A DNA stretch of 45,857 nucleotides from Gammaproteobacteria bacterium (GTDB lineage: Bacteria; Pseudomonadota; Gammaproteobacteria; Nevskiales; Nevskiaceae): assembly GCA_031396825.1 (NCBI GenBank), contig JANNLM010000026.1, positions 1 through 45,857 of the forward strand, read 5' to 3'. Made by a program: the position numbers and the translations under genes. Below the pieces are notes generated by a model. It saw nothing but the letters and a program-made list of their open reading frames with translations. It did not search any database and was not told the origin of the DNA. This document shows, in pieces, positions 16,785-24,731 of this stretch (the stretch's first letter is position 1; each line of letters begins with the position of its first letter).

Positions 16785-18275
16785 ATGCGCATTCGCCGCA
16801 TGGGCATCCACACCTACCAGGAACCTGTCGTCTACATGCGCGCGGATTGCGCCGTGTGCCGCGCCGAGGGCTTCGAGTCGCAGTCGCGCGTCAAGCTCAG
16901 CCTCAATGGCCGCTCGGTCATTGCGACGCTGAACACCGTTGATGCCGCGTTGCTCGACGCCGAGGACGCCGGCCTTTCCGATGCCGCGTGGCTGGCGCTT
17001 GGCGGCCGCACCGGCGACGAAATCACGGTGTCACACCCGGATCCGCTCGAATCGTTTTCGCACGTGCGCGCCAAGGTCTACGGCCACTCGCTCTCGGACG
17101 AGGCCTTCACCGCGATCATCGGCGACGTAGCGGCGGGGCGTTACTCGCCCCTGGAGATGGCGGCCTTCGTCACCGCTTGCGCGAGCGACGCCCTGTCCCT
17201 CGATGAGACGATCGGCCTGACGCGGGCGATGGTCGGCGCCGGTGAGCGCCTGCGCTGGCCCGCGCCCCTTGTCGTCGACAAGCATTGTGTGGGCGGCCTG
17301 CCGGGAAACCGGACCACTCCTATCGTCGTCGCCATCGTCGCCGCCAATGGCCTGACGATTCCCAAGACATCCTCACGGGCGATCACCTCGCCCGCGGGCA
17401 CGGCGGACACCATGGAGACGCTGGCGCCGGTGGACCTCGACCTCGCCACCCTGCGGCGCGTCGTCGATCGCGAAGGCGGCTGCATTGCCTGGGGCGGCGC
17501 CATGCGCCTCTCCCCCGCCGACGACATGCTGATCCGCGTCGAGCGGCCGCTGGATTTCGACAGCGAGGGGCAACTCGCCGCCTCGGTCATTTCCAAGAAG
17601 GTCGCGGCCGGCTCGACGCACGTCGTCATCGACGTGCCGGTCGGCCCGACCGCCAAGGTGCGCACGCTGACCGAGGCCGAGGCCTTGTCGCGGCGCCTGC
17701 GCGCGGTCGGCGAAGCGCTGGGCCTGGTCGTTCGGATCGTCACCACCGACGGCAGCCAGCCGGTGGGCCGCGGGATCGGGCCGGCACTCGAGGCCTTCGA
17801 CGTCGTCGCGGTGCTGCAGAACGCCGCCGATGCTCCCGCAGACCTGCGGGATCGCGCCGTGCTGCTTGCCGGACACCTGCTAGAGATCGGTGGCAAGGCT
17901 GCTACCGGCGAGGGCGCGCGCCTGGCGCTCGACACGCTCGCGGACGGAAATGCCTGGCGCAAGTTCCAGGCGATCTGCGCGGCGCAGGGCGGCATGCGCG
18001 AACCGCCGCGCGCCGCGCACCGCAAGCCTTTCACTTCCACCCTGGACGGTCAGCTCAAGGCCATCGACAACCGCCGGCTGGCGCGAATCGCGAAGCTGGC
18101 CGGCGCGCCGGCGGCGCCGGCGGCCGGCATCGAGCTGGCCGTGCGTGTCGGCGAGCGCATCTCGCGCGGCCAGCTGCTGTTCACGCTGCACGCGCAGTCG
18201 CCCGGCGAGCTCGCGTACGCCGCCGCGTTTGCGCAGGCGCATCCTGAAACCTTCGAGATCGGGGGCCTTGCATGA
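16785..18275 (+). CDS. Thymidine-phosphorylase-family protein of the AMP-phosphorylase-like clade (with N-terminal extension)
   Basis: VDKHCVGGLPGNRTTPIVVAIVAANGLTIPKTSSRAITSPAGTADTME resembles the archaeal AMP phosphorylase / 'putative thymidine phosphorylase' signature. The canonical DeoA signature would be SGRGLGHTGGTLDK. An extra N-terminal domain of about 80 aa is present; total 496 aa. Confidence 0.75.
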   Translation: MRIRRMGIHTYQEPVVYMRADCAVCRAEGFESQSRVKLSLNGRSVIATLNTVDAALLDAEDAGLSDAAWLALGGRTGDEITVSHPDPLESFSHVRAKVYGHSLSDEAFTAIIGDVAAGRYSPLEMAAFVTACASDALSLDETIGLTRAMVGAGERLRWPAPLVVDKHCVGGLPGNRTTPIVVAIVAANGLTIPKTSSRAITSPAGTADTMETLAPVDLDLATLRRVVDREGGCIAWGGAMRLSPADDMLIRVERPLDFDSEGQLAASVISKKVAAGSTHVVIDVPVGPTAKVRTLTEAEALSRRLRAVGEALGLVVRIVTTDGSQPVGRGIGPALEAFDVVAVLQNAADAPADLRDRAVLLAGHLLEIGGKAATGEGARLALDTLADGNAWRKFQAICAAQGGMREPPRAAHRKPFTSTLDGQLKAIDNRRLARIAKLAGAPAAPAAGIELAVRVGERISRGQLLFTLHAQSPGELAYAAAFAQAHPETFEIGGLA

Positions 18276-19159
18276 AGCCGCTGGTTCTCGGCCTGCCGCA
18301 CAACGAACGCCTGGTGCAAAGCCTGGTCACCTTGCTGGAGGGCGATGCGGGGACGCTGACGGTCCGGCAGTTTCCCGACGGCGAATCGTATGTGCGCGTC
18401 GAGTCGGACGTGCGCGGACGCACGGTTGTGCTGGCCTGCGGCCTGGACCGGCCGGACGCCAAGGTTCTGCCCTTGTATCTCGCGGCCCGAACGCTGCGGG
18501 ACCAGGGCGCTGCGCGCATCATCCTGGTCGCCCCTTACCTGGCCTACATGCGGCAGGACAGGATTTTTCACGAGGGCGAAGGCATCAGCGCGCGGCACTT
18601 CGCCGCCTGGCTGTCGTCCTTTGTCGACGGCATCGTGACGGTGGACCCGCACCTGCACCGCATCCACAGCCTCGCGGAGGTCTACCCGATCGCCTCGCGC
18701 GTCGTGACTGCGGCGCCCGCAATCTCGCAATGGATTCGCGAGCAGGTGCCGAAGGCCGTGCTGGTCGGCCCCGACGCCGAGAGCGAGCAGTGGGTCTCGC
18801 AGGTCGCGCGTGAGGCCGGAGCGCCCTTCGTGATCCTCGAGAAAACCCGGCGCGGTGACCGCGACGTGGAAGTGTCGGTGCCGCAGATGGCGCGCTGGAG
18901 TGAGCACACGCCGGTGCTGGTCGACGACATCATCTCCACCGCGGGCACCATGATCCAGACCGTCGGCCACTTGCGGCAGGCCGGCATGCGCGCACCGGTC
19001 TGCATCGGCGTGCATGCGATCTTCGCCGGCCCGGCTTACGAGGATCTGGTGGCCGCGGGCGGCGAGCGCATCCTGACCTGCAACACGATCGTGCACCGCT
19101 CCAACCAGATCGACGTCCACCCGCTCGTCGCCCGATCGGTGCTGAGCCTCCTCGCGTGA
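18272..19159 (+). CDS. Ribose-phosphate diphosphokinase (Prs) family paralogue
   Basis: ATGA overlap with the upstream stop. APYLAYMRQDR matches the Prs motif YxxYARQDR. VLVDDIISTAGT is the PRPP loop. Length 295 aa. Confidence 0.8.
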   Translation: MKPLVLGLPHNERLVQSLVTLLEGDAGTLTVRQFPDGESYVRVESDVRGRTVVLACGLDRPDAKVLPLYLAARTLRDQGAARIILVAPYLAYMRQDRIFHEGEGISARHFAAWLSSFVDGIVTVDPHLHRIHSLAEVYPIASRVVTAAPAISQWIREQVPKAVLVGPDAESEQWVSQVAREAGAPFVILEKTRRGDRDVEVSVPQMARWSEHTPVLVDDIISTAGTMIQTVGHLRQAGMRAPVCIGVHAIFAGPAYEDLVAAGGERILTCNTIVHRSNQIDVHPLVARSVLSLLA

Positions 19160-19235
19160 AGCGACCCCCCGTAGCCGGACTCGCTGGCCGCCCATGGCTT
19201 GCGCCAAGCAGCGTCCGGAGCGAGACTGCCTCGCG

Positions 19236-19637
19236 ATGAGCACGCTTCGTTCAGTTCTTGCGGTCTGGCTATCGTTGTCGCTGCCAACATCGGCACTGGC
19301 ATCAACAACGTCTGCGCAGCATTGCTCCCGTATGGCAGCAACCGGGGCCAGCGCAGCGGATCCCCACGCGGGGCACGACATGCAAGGCATGTCGCACGCC
19401 GAACACCAGCAGCACATGGCGAAGGTGGGCGCGGACACCAAGGTACCCGCGAACGGCTGCCAGTGCGGGTGCAACTGCATTAGCAGCCACTGCGTTTCCA
19501 GCGCTTCCGGCCTCATGAACGGGGCGTACGCCGTTGTTTCGCTGTCGGTCAACGACGGCTTGCACGCCCATGCCGGCCCCACACGCACGGCAGCGGCCCA
19601 TCATCTCGACCTCCTCCGACCTCCCAGTCTGACCTGA
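19236..19637 (+). CDS. copL: CopL-like small secreted Cys/His/Met-rich protein
   Basis: Signal peptide MSTLRSVLAVWLSLSLPTSALA. HAGHDMQGMSHAEHQQHM stretch. Cys cluster CQCGCNCISSHC. C-terminal HHLDLLRPPSL resembles the CopL-family tail (recalled from memory). Confidence 0.5.
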   Translation: MSTLRSVLAVWLSLSLPTSALASTTSAQHCSRMAATGASAADPHAGHDMQGMSHAEHQQHMAKVGADTKVPANGCQCGCNCISSHCVSSASGLMNGAYAVVSLSVNDGLHAHAGPTRTAAAHHLDLLRPPSLT

Positions 19638-19640
19638 CGT

Positions 19641-19664
19641 AAAGCCGCGCTTCGCGGCTTTTTG
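19641..19664 (+). terminator. Rho-independent terminator after the copL-like gene
   Basis: aaAGCCGCgcttcGCGGCTttttg: a 6-bp GC stem (19643-19648 / 19654-19659), a 5-nt loop and a T-run, 4 nt after the stop codon. Confidence 0.6.
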
Positions 19665-19714
19665 CTGCCGCCCCGTTTGGACGGCACGCGTTCAGGTGAA
19701 CAGACGGAGGTCCT

Positions 19715-21319
19715 GTGAGTCGCAAGCATTTTTTCACGTCAGCGGTTGCGCTGATTTTGGCAAGTGGGTGCGCCAGCCTGCCGGCGGATTTGGGTCGCGG
19801 CGACGTGGCGACCCTGCTCCAGTCGCGTGGGCAGGCGACGAATCCGGCGGATGCCGAAGCCGCGCGACGCCTGCTGGATCAACTGGGTGAGCGCCCGCTT
19901 GCCGCCAGCGATGCCGTCCAGCTCGCGCTGGTCAACAACCCTCAGCTGAAAGCTGGATACGCAAGGCTGGGCTTCGCGGCGGCGGAGGTTTATGACGCCG
20001 GGCGGCTGAGCAACCCGCGGCTGTCGGCGTCGGTGCTCTTTCCCGACGCCGGCGGCGAGGCCAATCGGGTGGGCTTCGGCCTGGCCCAGAGTTTCACCAA
20101 TCTCCTGCTGCTGCCGGCGCGCAGCCGCTTCGCCGAGGGCGAGTTCGAGCGCGTGAAACAGGACCTGGCCGCGCAGGTTCTGGGCCTGGCCGCCGACGTC
20201 GAAGCCGCGCACTACCGCCTGGCGGGCGGCTGGCAGATCGTGACGATGCGCGAGACCGTGCTCAAGGCAGCGCGGGCATCCGCCGACCTGGCGCAGCGAT
20301 TCCTGGACGCCGGCAACATCAACCGTCTGGAACTGGCGCGCGAGCAGGCTGCAGCCTCCCAGGCGCAGCTGGATCTGCTGCAAGCACAGGCCGAGGTGAC
20401 GGGGCTGCGCGGCGAGCTCAACCGTCTGATGGGACTCGCCGCTACGGAGGACCGCTGGAAAATCGCGGGAGGGTTGCCGGCACCGGTCACGAGCGAAGAT
20501 GCGTGGCCCGAGCTGCTGAAGGCGGCCGATGCGAATCGTCTTGACCTGGCCGTCGCGCGCAAGCGCGTCACGCTGTTCGCGGATGCCCTGGGCGTGACAC
20601 GCCGCTTCCGCTATCTCGGCGAGGTGGAGATCGGCGTGGAAACCGAGCGTGAGACCGACGGCTCGCGCGTGACCGGCCCGACGCTGGCGCTGGAGCTGCC
20701 GATCTTCAATCAGGGCAAGGGCCGCGCCGCCCGTGCCGAGGCCGATCTGCAACTCGCCGAAGCGGAACTGCGCGTGCTGGAGGTCGAGATCAGCAACGGC
20801 CTGCGGCGCGCATCAGCGGAGGTCGAAGCCGCCAAGACCCGCGCCGAGCATTACCGCCAGTCCCTGATCCCGCTTCGCGAGGCCATTGTCGCGCGCACGC
20901 AGGAGCAACTGAACTACATGCTGGTCGGTCAGTTCGAGATGTTACTGGTCAAGCAGCAGGAATACGACGCTTACCAGGGCTATCTGGAAGCCGTGCGCGA
21001 TTACTGGCTGGCGCGGGTGGAACTGGCGCGCGAAGTCGGCGCCCCACTCCCCAGCAGCGTACAAACCGCGGGAGAAGTGCTGGACGCCGAGGAGCTGACG
21101 CGGCCTCGAGGCGACGGCATGAAGGGCATGGACCACGACTTGCCGGGGATGGAACCGTCAGATGCCGCGCCAACAATGCCACCGCCACGCAAAGGTGAAG
21201 GACCGTCCGGCATGCCCACCGGCATGGAGTCGCACATTCCAGAACCTGCCGGCAAGTCCGATCCGGCCCCGAAGAAAACCGACCCAACAGACACGCAGCA
21301 GCACGGAGACCCTCCATGA
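19715..21319 (+). CDS. TolC/CusC/CzcC-type outer-membrane factor lipoprotein with a Met/His/Pro-rich C-terminal tail
   Basis: GGAGG lies 7 nt upstream of GTG 19715. Lipobox LILASGC. It has the two-repeat OMF architecture with coiled-coil-rich segments. The tail is GDGMKGMDHDLPGMEPSDAAPTMPPPRKGEGPSGMPTGMESHIPEP. Confidence 0.8.
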   Translation: MSRKHFFTSAVALILASGCASLPADLGRGDVATLLQSRGQATNPADAEAARRLLDQLGERPLAASDAVQLALVNNPQLKAGYARLGFAAAEVYDAGRLSNPRLSASVLFPDAGGEANRVGFGLAQSFTNLLLLPARSRFAEGEFERVKQDLAAQVLGLAADVEAAHYRLAGGWQIVTMRETVLKAARASADLAQRFLDAGNINRLELAREQAAASQAQLDLLQAQAEVTGLRGELNRLMGLAATEDRWKIAGGLPAPVTSEDAWPELLKAADANRLDLAVARKRVTLFADALGVTRRFRYLGEVEIGVETERETDGSRVTGPTLALELPIFNQGKGRAARAEADLQLAEAELRVLEVEISNGLRRASAEVEAAKTRAEHYRQSLIPLREAIVARTQEQLNYMLVGQFEMLLVKQQEYDAYQGYLEAVRDYWLARVELAREVGAPLPSSVQTAGEVLDAEELTRPRGDGMKGMDHDLPGMEPSDAAPTMPPPRKGEGPSGMPTGMESHIPEPAGKSDPAPKKTDPTDTQQHGDPP

Positions 21320-22740
21320 TCACGCGACGCAAATTGCTCTCGATGACCGGCGCCGGCGGTCTCGCCGGCCTTGGCAGTCTGTTCGCGCGCCGCGCGAGTG
21401 CCCAGCACGAAGGCCACGACATGTCGAAGATGAAGGACAAGCCGGCCCCGGAAGCGGCCGCCGCCGGCGCGGAGGCGCCGGCCCCGGCGACGGCGACCGC
21501 GCGGGGTTACACGCCGGTGCGCACGCTCAACGGCTGGACGCTGCCTTACAAGATGAAAAACGGCGTCAAGGAGTTCCACCTGGTGGCCGAGGAAGTCGAG
21601 CACGAGTTCGCGCCGGGCTGCGTCGCGAAATGCTGGGGCTACAACGGCACCACGCCGGGACCGACGATCGAGGCGGTCGAAGGCGATCGCGTGCGCATTT
21701 ACGTCACCAACCGGCTGAAAGAGCACACGACGATCCACTGGCACGGCATTTTGCTGCCGTCCGGCATGGATGGCGTCGGCGGGCTCAACCAGCCGCACAT
21801 CAAGCCCGGCGAAACCTTTGTCTACGAGTTCACGCTCAGGCAGCACGGCACGCACATGTATCACCCGCATGCCGACGAGATGGTGCAGATGGCGGTGGGC
21901 ATGATGGGGATGTTCATCATCCATCCCAAGGATAGCGAGCCGAACCGCATCGACCGCGACTACTGCTTCCTGCTGCACAACTGGGCGCTGCATCCGGGCA
22001 CCTACCGGCCCGACCCTTCGATCATGACGGACTTCGACCTGTGGACGTTCAACTCCAGGGTGTTCCCGGCGATTGACTCGATCGTCGCGCGCACCGGCGA
22101 ACGCGTGCGCATCCGCATCGGCAATCTCTCGATGCACGAGCACCCCATCCACCTGCACGGCGTGCAGTTCTGGGTGACCGGCGGCGACGGCGGGCGGCTC
22201 GCGCAAAAGCTGTGGCGGACCGAGGTCACCGAAATCGTCGGCGTCGGCCAGATGCGCGATATCGAGTTCACCGCCATTGCAGGCGACTGGGCCTTCCACT
22301 GCCACAAGTCGCATCACACGATGAACGCAATGGGCCATGGCGTCCCGAACACCATCGGCGTGGATCAGTCCGGCGTGGAAAAAACCATCCGCTCGATGCT
22401 GCCCGGCTACATGGCCATGGGCAAGGACGGCATGGCTGAGCACCAGGACCACACCAATATGGGCCATATGCAGGGCCCCGAAAACACCCTGCCGATGATG
22501 ATGGGCAAGGGCCCGTTCGGAAATCTGGAGATGGGCGGCATGTTCACCGTGGTCAAGGTGCGCGACAACCTTGCGCCCGGCGACTACCGCGATCCGGGCT
22601 GGTATCGCAATCCGAAGGGCACGGCCGCCTGGCGCACCAGCGCAGATCCCGGCTTCGGCAAACCGGTACGGCGCACGCGGCCGCCCTCATCCGAAGCGCC
22701 ACGGTCCACCCCGAAACCCAGCCCACACAGCGGCCACTAA
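21316..22740 (+). CDS. Tat-exported compact multicopper oxidase (apparently two cupredoxin domains) with a Met/His-rich C-terminal extension
   Basis: ATGA overlap with the OMF stop. Tat motif TRRKLLSM. Copper motifs HWHG (aa 141-144), HPH (183-185), HEHPIHLHG (274-282) and HCHKSHHTMNAM (328-339). About 135 aa follow the last motif, including MLPGYMAMGKDGMAEHQDHTNMGHMQGPENTLPMMMGKG. Confidence 0.85.
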   Translation: MITRRKLLSMTGAGGLAGLGSLFARRASAQHEGHDMSKMKDKPAPEAAAAGAEAPAPATATARGYTPVRTLNGWTLPYKMKNGVKEFHLVAEEVEHEFAPGCVAKCWGYNGTTPGPTIEAVEGDRVRIYVTNRLKEHTTIHWHGILLPSGMDGVGGLNQPHIKPGETFVYEFTLRQHGTHMYHPHADEMVQMAVGMMGMFIIHPKDSEPNRIDRDYCFLLHNWALHPGTYRPDPSIMTDFDLWTFNSRVFPAIDSIVARTGERVRIRIGNLSMHEHPIHLHGVQFWVTGGDGGRLAQKLWRTEVTEIVGVGQMRDIEFTAIAGDWAFHCHKSHHTMNAMGHGVPNTIGVDQSGVEKTIRSMLPGYMAMGKDGMAEHQDHTNMGHMQGPENTLPMMMGKGPFGNLEMGGMFTVVKVRDNLAPGDYRDPGWYRNPKGTAAWRTSADPGFGKPVRRTRPPSSEAPRSTPKPSPHSGH

Positions 22741-22759
22741 GGCCTGTTCAGGAGCAACC

Positions 22760-23413
22760 ATGAAAATCCTTTTAACGATTGTGCTCACCTTGCTGACCGC
22801 AGCAGCCATCGCCGCCGGCGTGATTCACGGCGGCGGCCTGACCAACTTTGCCGCCGACGAGCCGCACGCGGAGTTGATCAACGGCGTGATCGCGTTCACA
22901 CGCGAGCGCTTCATCGCCGCGCGCAGCGAGAACATCGAAGTGCCCGATCTCGACGACCCGCAAAAAATCGCCGATGGCGCCGCGCACTACGTGCCGATGT
23001 GTTCCGGCTGCCATCTGGGGCCGGGCACGCAGGACACCGAAATCCGTCGCGGTCTGTACCCGCAGCCGCCGAACCTGGCGCAGCCCGCCGGCCATGCCGG
23101 CGGCCACGACCATTCCGACATGCAGACCGCCGCCAAGCGCCAGTTCTGGATCGTCAAGCACGGCATCAAGATGACCGGCATGCCAGCCTGGGGCACGACG
23201 CACGATGACGAGGCCATCTGGGGCCTGGTGGCCTTTCTGCAGAAACTACCCGAGATGTCACCGGAGGAATTCGCCGCGTTGAGCCAAGGCGCGGGCGCCG
23301 GTTCCGCTCCCGCCGGTCATGTGGACCCGCCCGGCGCAAAGCCGCACGGCCACGGGTCCAAGCCGCCAACCGAAACAAAGAACGATCCGCACACCGATGA
23401 ACACCCGCACTGA
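22760..23413 (+). CDS. Membrane-anchored or secreted mono-haem c-type cytochrome with a His-rich tail
   Basis: AGGAG lies upstream of ATG 22760. N-terminal hydrophobic segment MKILLTIVLTLLTAAAIAAGV. One CSGCH motif. Distal Met region KMTGMPAWG. The tail is HVDPPGAKPHGHGSKPPTETKNDPHTDEHPH. Confidence 0.8.
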   Translation: MKILLTIVLTLLTAAAIAAGVIHGGGLTNFAADEPHAELINGVIAFTRERFIAARSENIEVPDLDDPQKIADGAAHYVPMCSGCHLGPGTQDTEIRRGLYPQPPNLAQPAGHAGGHDHSDMQTAAKRQFWIVKHGIKMTGMPAWGTTHDDEAIWGLVAFLQKLPEMSPEEFAALSQGAGAGSAPAGHVDPPGAKPHGHGSKPPTETKNDPHTDEHPH

Positions 23414-23431
23414 CACACCCGGAGAACATGC

Positions 23432-23932
23432 ATGAACCAGCAAAGGCAGTATCGACTGTATCCCGTTATCGGCGCGACGCTGCTTGGCCTGAGCGCAGCG
23501 GGCTGCGCGTACGACAAAGGTCAGCGTGCCGACACACACCCGCAAAATGGTTCCAACGCCGCGGGGGTGGCAGACGCCTTTGAAGCCGCCATCGTCAAGG
23601 GCGACGAGGCCACGGCGAAAACGCTGCTCGCGCCCGACGTCCTGATCTACGAATCCGGCGGCCAGGAAACGTCGCGTGACGAGTACGCCGCGCACCACAT
23701 GAAGGGCGACATGGCTTTCCTGGCGGGATCGAAGCGCGAAGTGCTGTCACGCGCCAGTGGCGGTAATGACCAGCACGCCTGGGTGACCACGCGTTCACGC
23801 ATCACCGGGCGTCACAAGGACAAGGACGTGGACATCCTCAGCACCGAAAGCATGATGCTCAAGAACACGTCCGAGGGCTGGCGCATCGTGCACATCCACT
23901 GGTCGTCGCGGCCGGCGTCGAAGGATCACTGA
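23432..23932 (+). CDS. NTF2/SnoaL-like (DUF4440-type) lipoprotein
   Basis: Lipobox LSAAGC. A fold of about 120 aa with FEAAIVKGD...LAPDVLIYESGG...GWRIVHIHWS, typical of the SnoaL/DUF4440 family. Confidence 0.55.
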   Translation: MNQQRQYRLYPVIGATLLGLSAAGCAYDKGQRADTHPQNGSNAAGVADAFEAAIVKGDEATAKTLLAPDVLIYESGGQETSRDEYAAHHMKGDMAFLAGSKREVLSRASGGNDQHAWVTTRSRITGRHKDKDVDILSTESMMLKNTSEGWRIVHIHWSSRPASKDH

Positions 23933-23946
23933 GCACAGAGGCAGCC

Positions 23947-24645
23947 ATGAACCAGCCCCAGGAACGCTACGTCCCCGCGCTCGGCTATCGCTGGCTCACG
24001 CCGCTGTATGACGATGTGGTGCGCGTCACCACGCGCGAAGCCACGTTCAAACGCGCATTGCTGGCACAGGCGCAGCTCGCGCCCGGACAGCAGGTGCTGG
24101 ACCTGGCCTGCGGCACCGCGACGCTGACGGTGGCGGCGAAGCAACAGGTTCCCGGCATTGACATCACGGGGCTCGACGGTGACCCGGCGATGCTGGAGCG
24201 GGCGCGGGCGAAAGCGCAGCGTGCCGGAGTTTCCATCACCTTTGATCAAGCGCTGTCCGACGCGATGCCGTACGCGGACGGCCGCTTCGATCGGGTGCTG
24301 ACCAGCCTGTTCTTCCACCACCTGCAGACCGGGAGCAAACGTCGCACCTTCGCCGAAATCTTCCGCGTGCTCAAGCCCGGCGGCGAATTGCACGTCGCGG
24401 ACTGGGGGCGGGCGGCCAATCCGCTGATGCGCCTCTTGTTCCTCAATATCCAACTGCTGGATGGTTTTCCCAACACCAGCGACAACGTGCGCGGCCACTT
24501 GCCAGAGTTCATGCGTGAAGCCGGCTTCACCGCAGTCGAGGATCGCCGCCGGTTCTCGACGATGTGGGGCACGCTGTCGCTTTACCACGCGGCCAAACCA
24601 CTCGCAGTCTGGCGACCTGAGGGGGCGACACCTGATGAGCACTGA
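23947..24645 (+). CDS. Class I SAM-dependent methyltransferase
   Basis: Motif I VLDLACGTATLT, acidic post-I residue (GLDGD) and motif LKPGGELHVAD. No signal peptide. Confidence 0.8.
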   Translation: MNQPQERYVPALGYRWLTPLYDDVVRVTTREATFKRALLAQAQLAPGQQVLDLACGTATLTVAAKQQVPGIDITGLDGDPAMLERARAKAQRAGVSITFDQALSDAMPYADGRFDRVLTSLFFHHLQTGSKRRTFAEIFRVLKPGGELHVADWGRAANPLMRLLFLNIQLLDGFPNTSDNVRGHLPEFMREAGFTAVEDRRRFSTMWGTLSLYHAAKPLAVWRPEGATPDEH

Positions 24646-24731
24646 CAATCCCCAGCCGCTGCGTCATCTGCACTATTTCCTGAGCAAGCAGCACGAGCAG
24701 AACGAGCGGCGCGTGTGGATGGTGATCGCGC
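24635..24731 (+). pseudogene. Possible 5' remnant of a cation-diffusion-facilitator (czcD-like) gene, cut at the xfp stop codon
   Basis: ATG 24635 opens [33 protein letters not shown]. This resembles CDF N-termini, which have a His-rich leader, then ERR-x-W/L, then the first TM. The frame then runs into antisense xfp with no further TM sequence. Only about 32 codons are informative. Confidence 0.25.

Noticed and set aside
18050-19588. 512-aa minus-strand ORF, and similar long antisense ORFs at 21001-22467, 15540-16721, 14517-15407, 13084-13833, 11749-12822, 4527-6155 and 499-1794
   Set aside because: Each overlaps a confidently identified gene on the other strand (prs-like, MCO, MBL hydrolase, pgl, zwf, gnd, copA/copB, ATPase). 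They show shadow-frame composition with no recognisable motifs. They are GC-rich stop-codon-poor artefacts.
24461-24634. Upstream part of the 110-aa ORF 24461-24793
   Set aside because: This part overlaps the methyltransferase gene in another frame and has shadow-frame composition. I considered only the segment after ATG 24635 as a possible CDF remnant, at low confidence.
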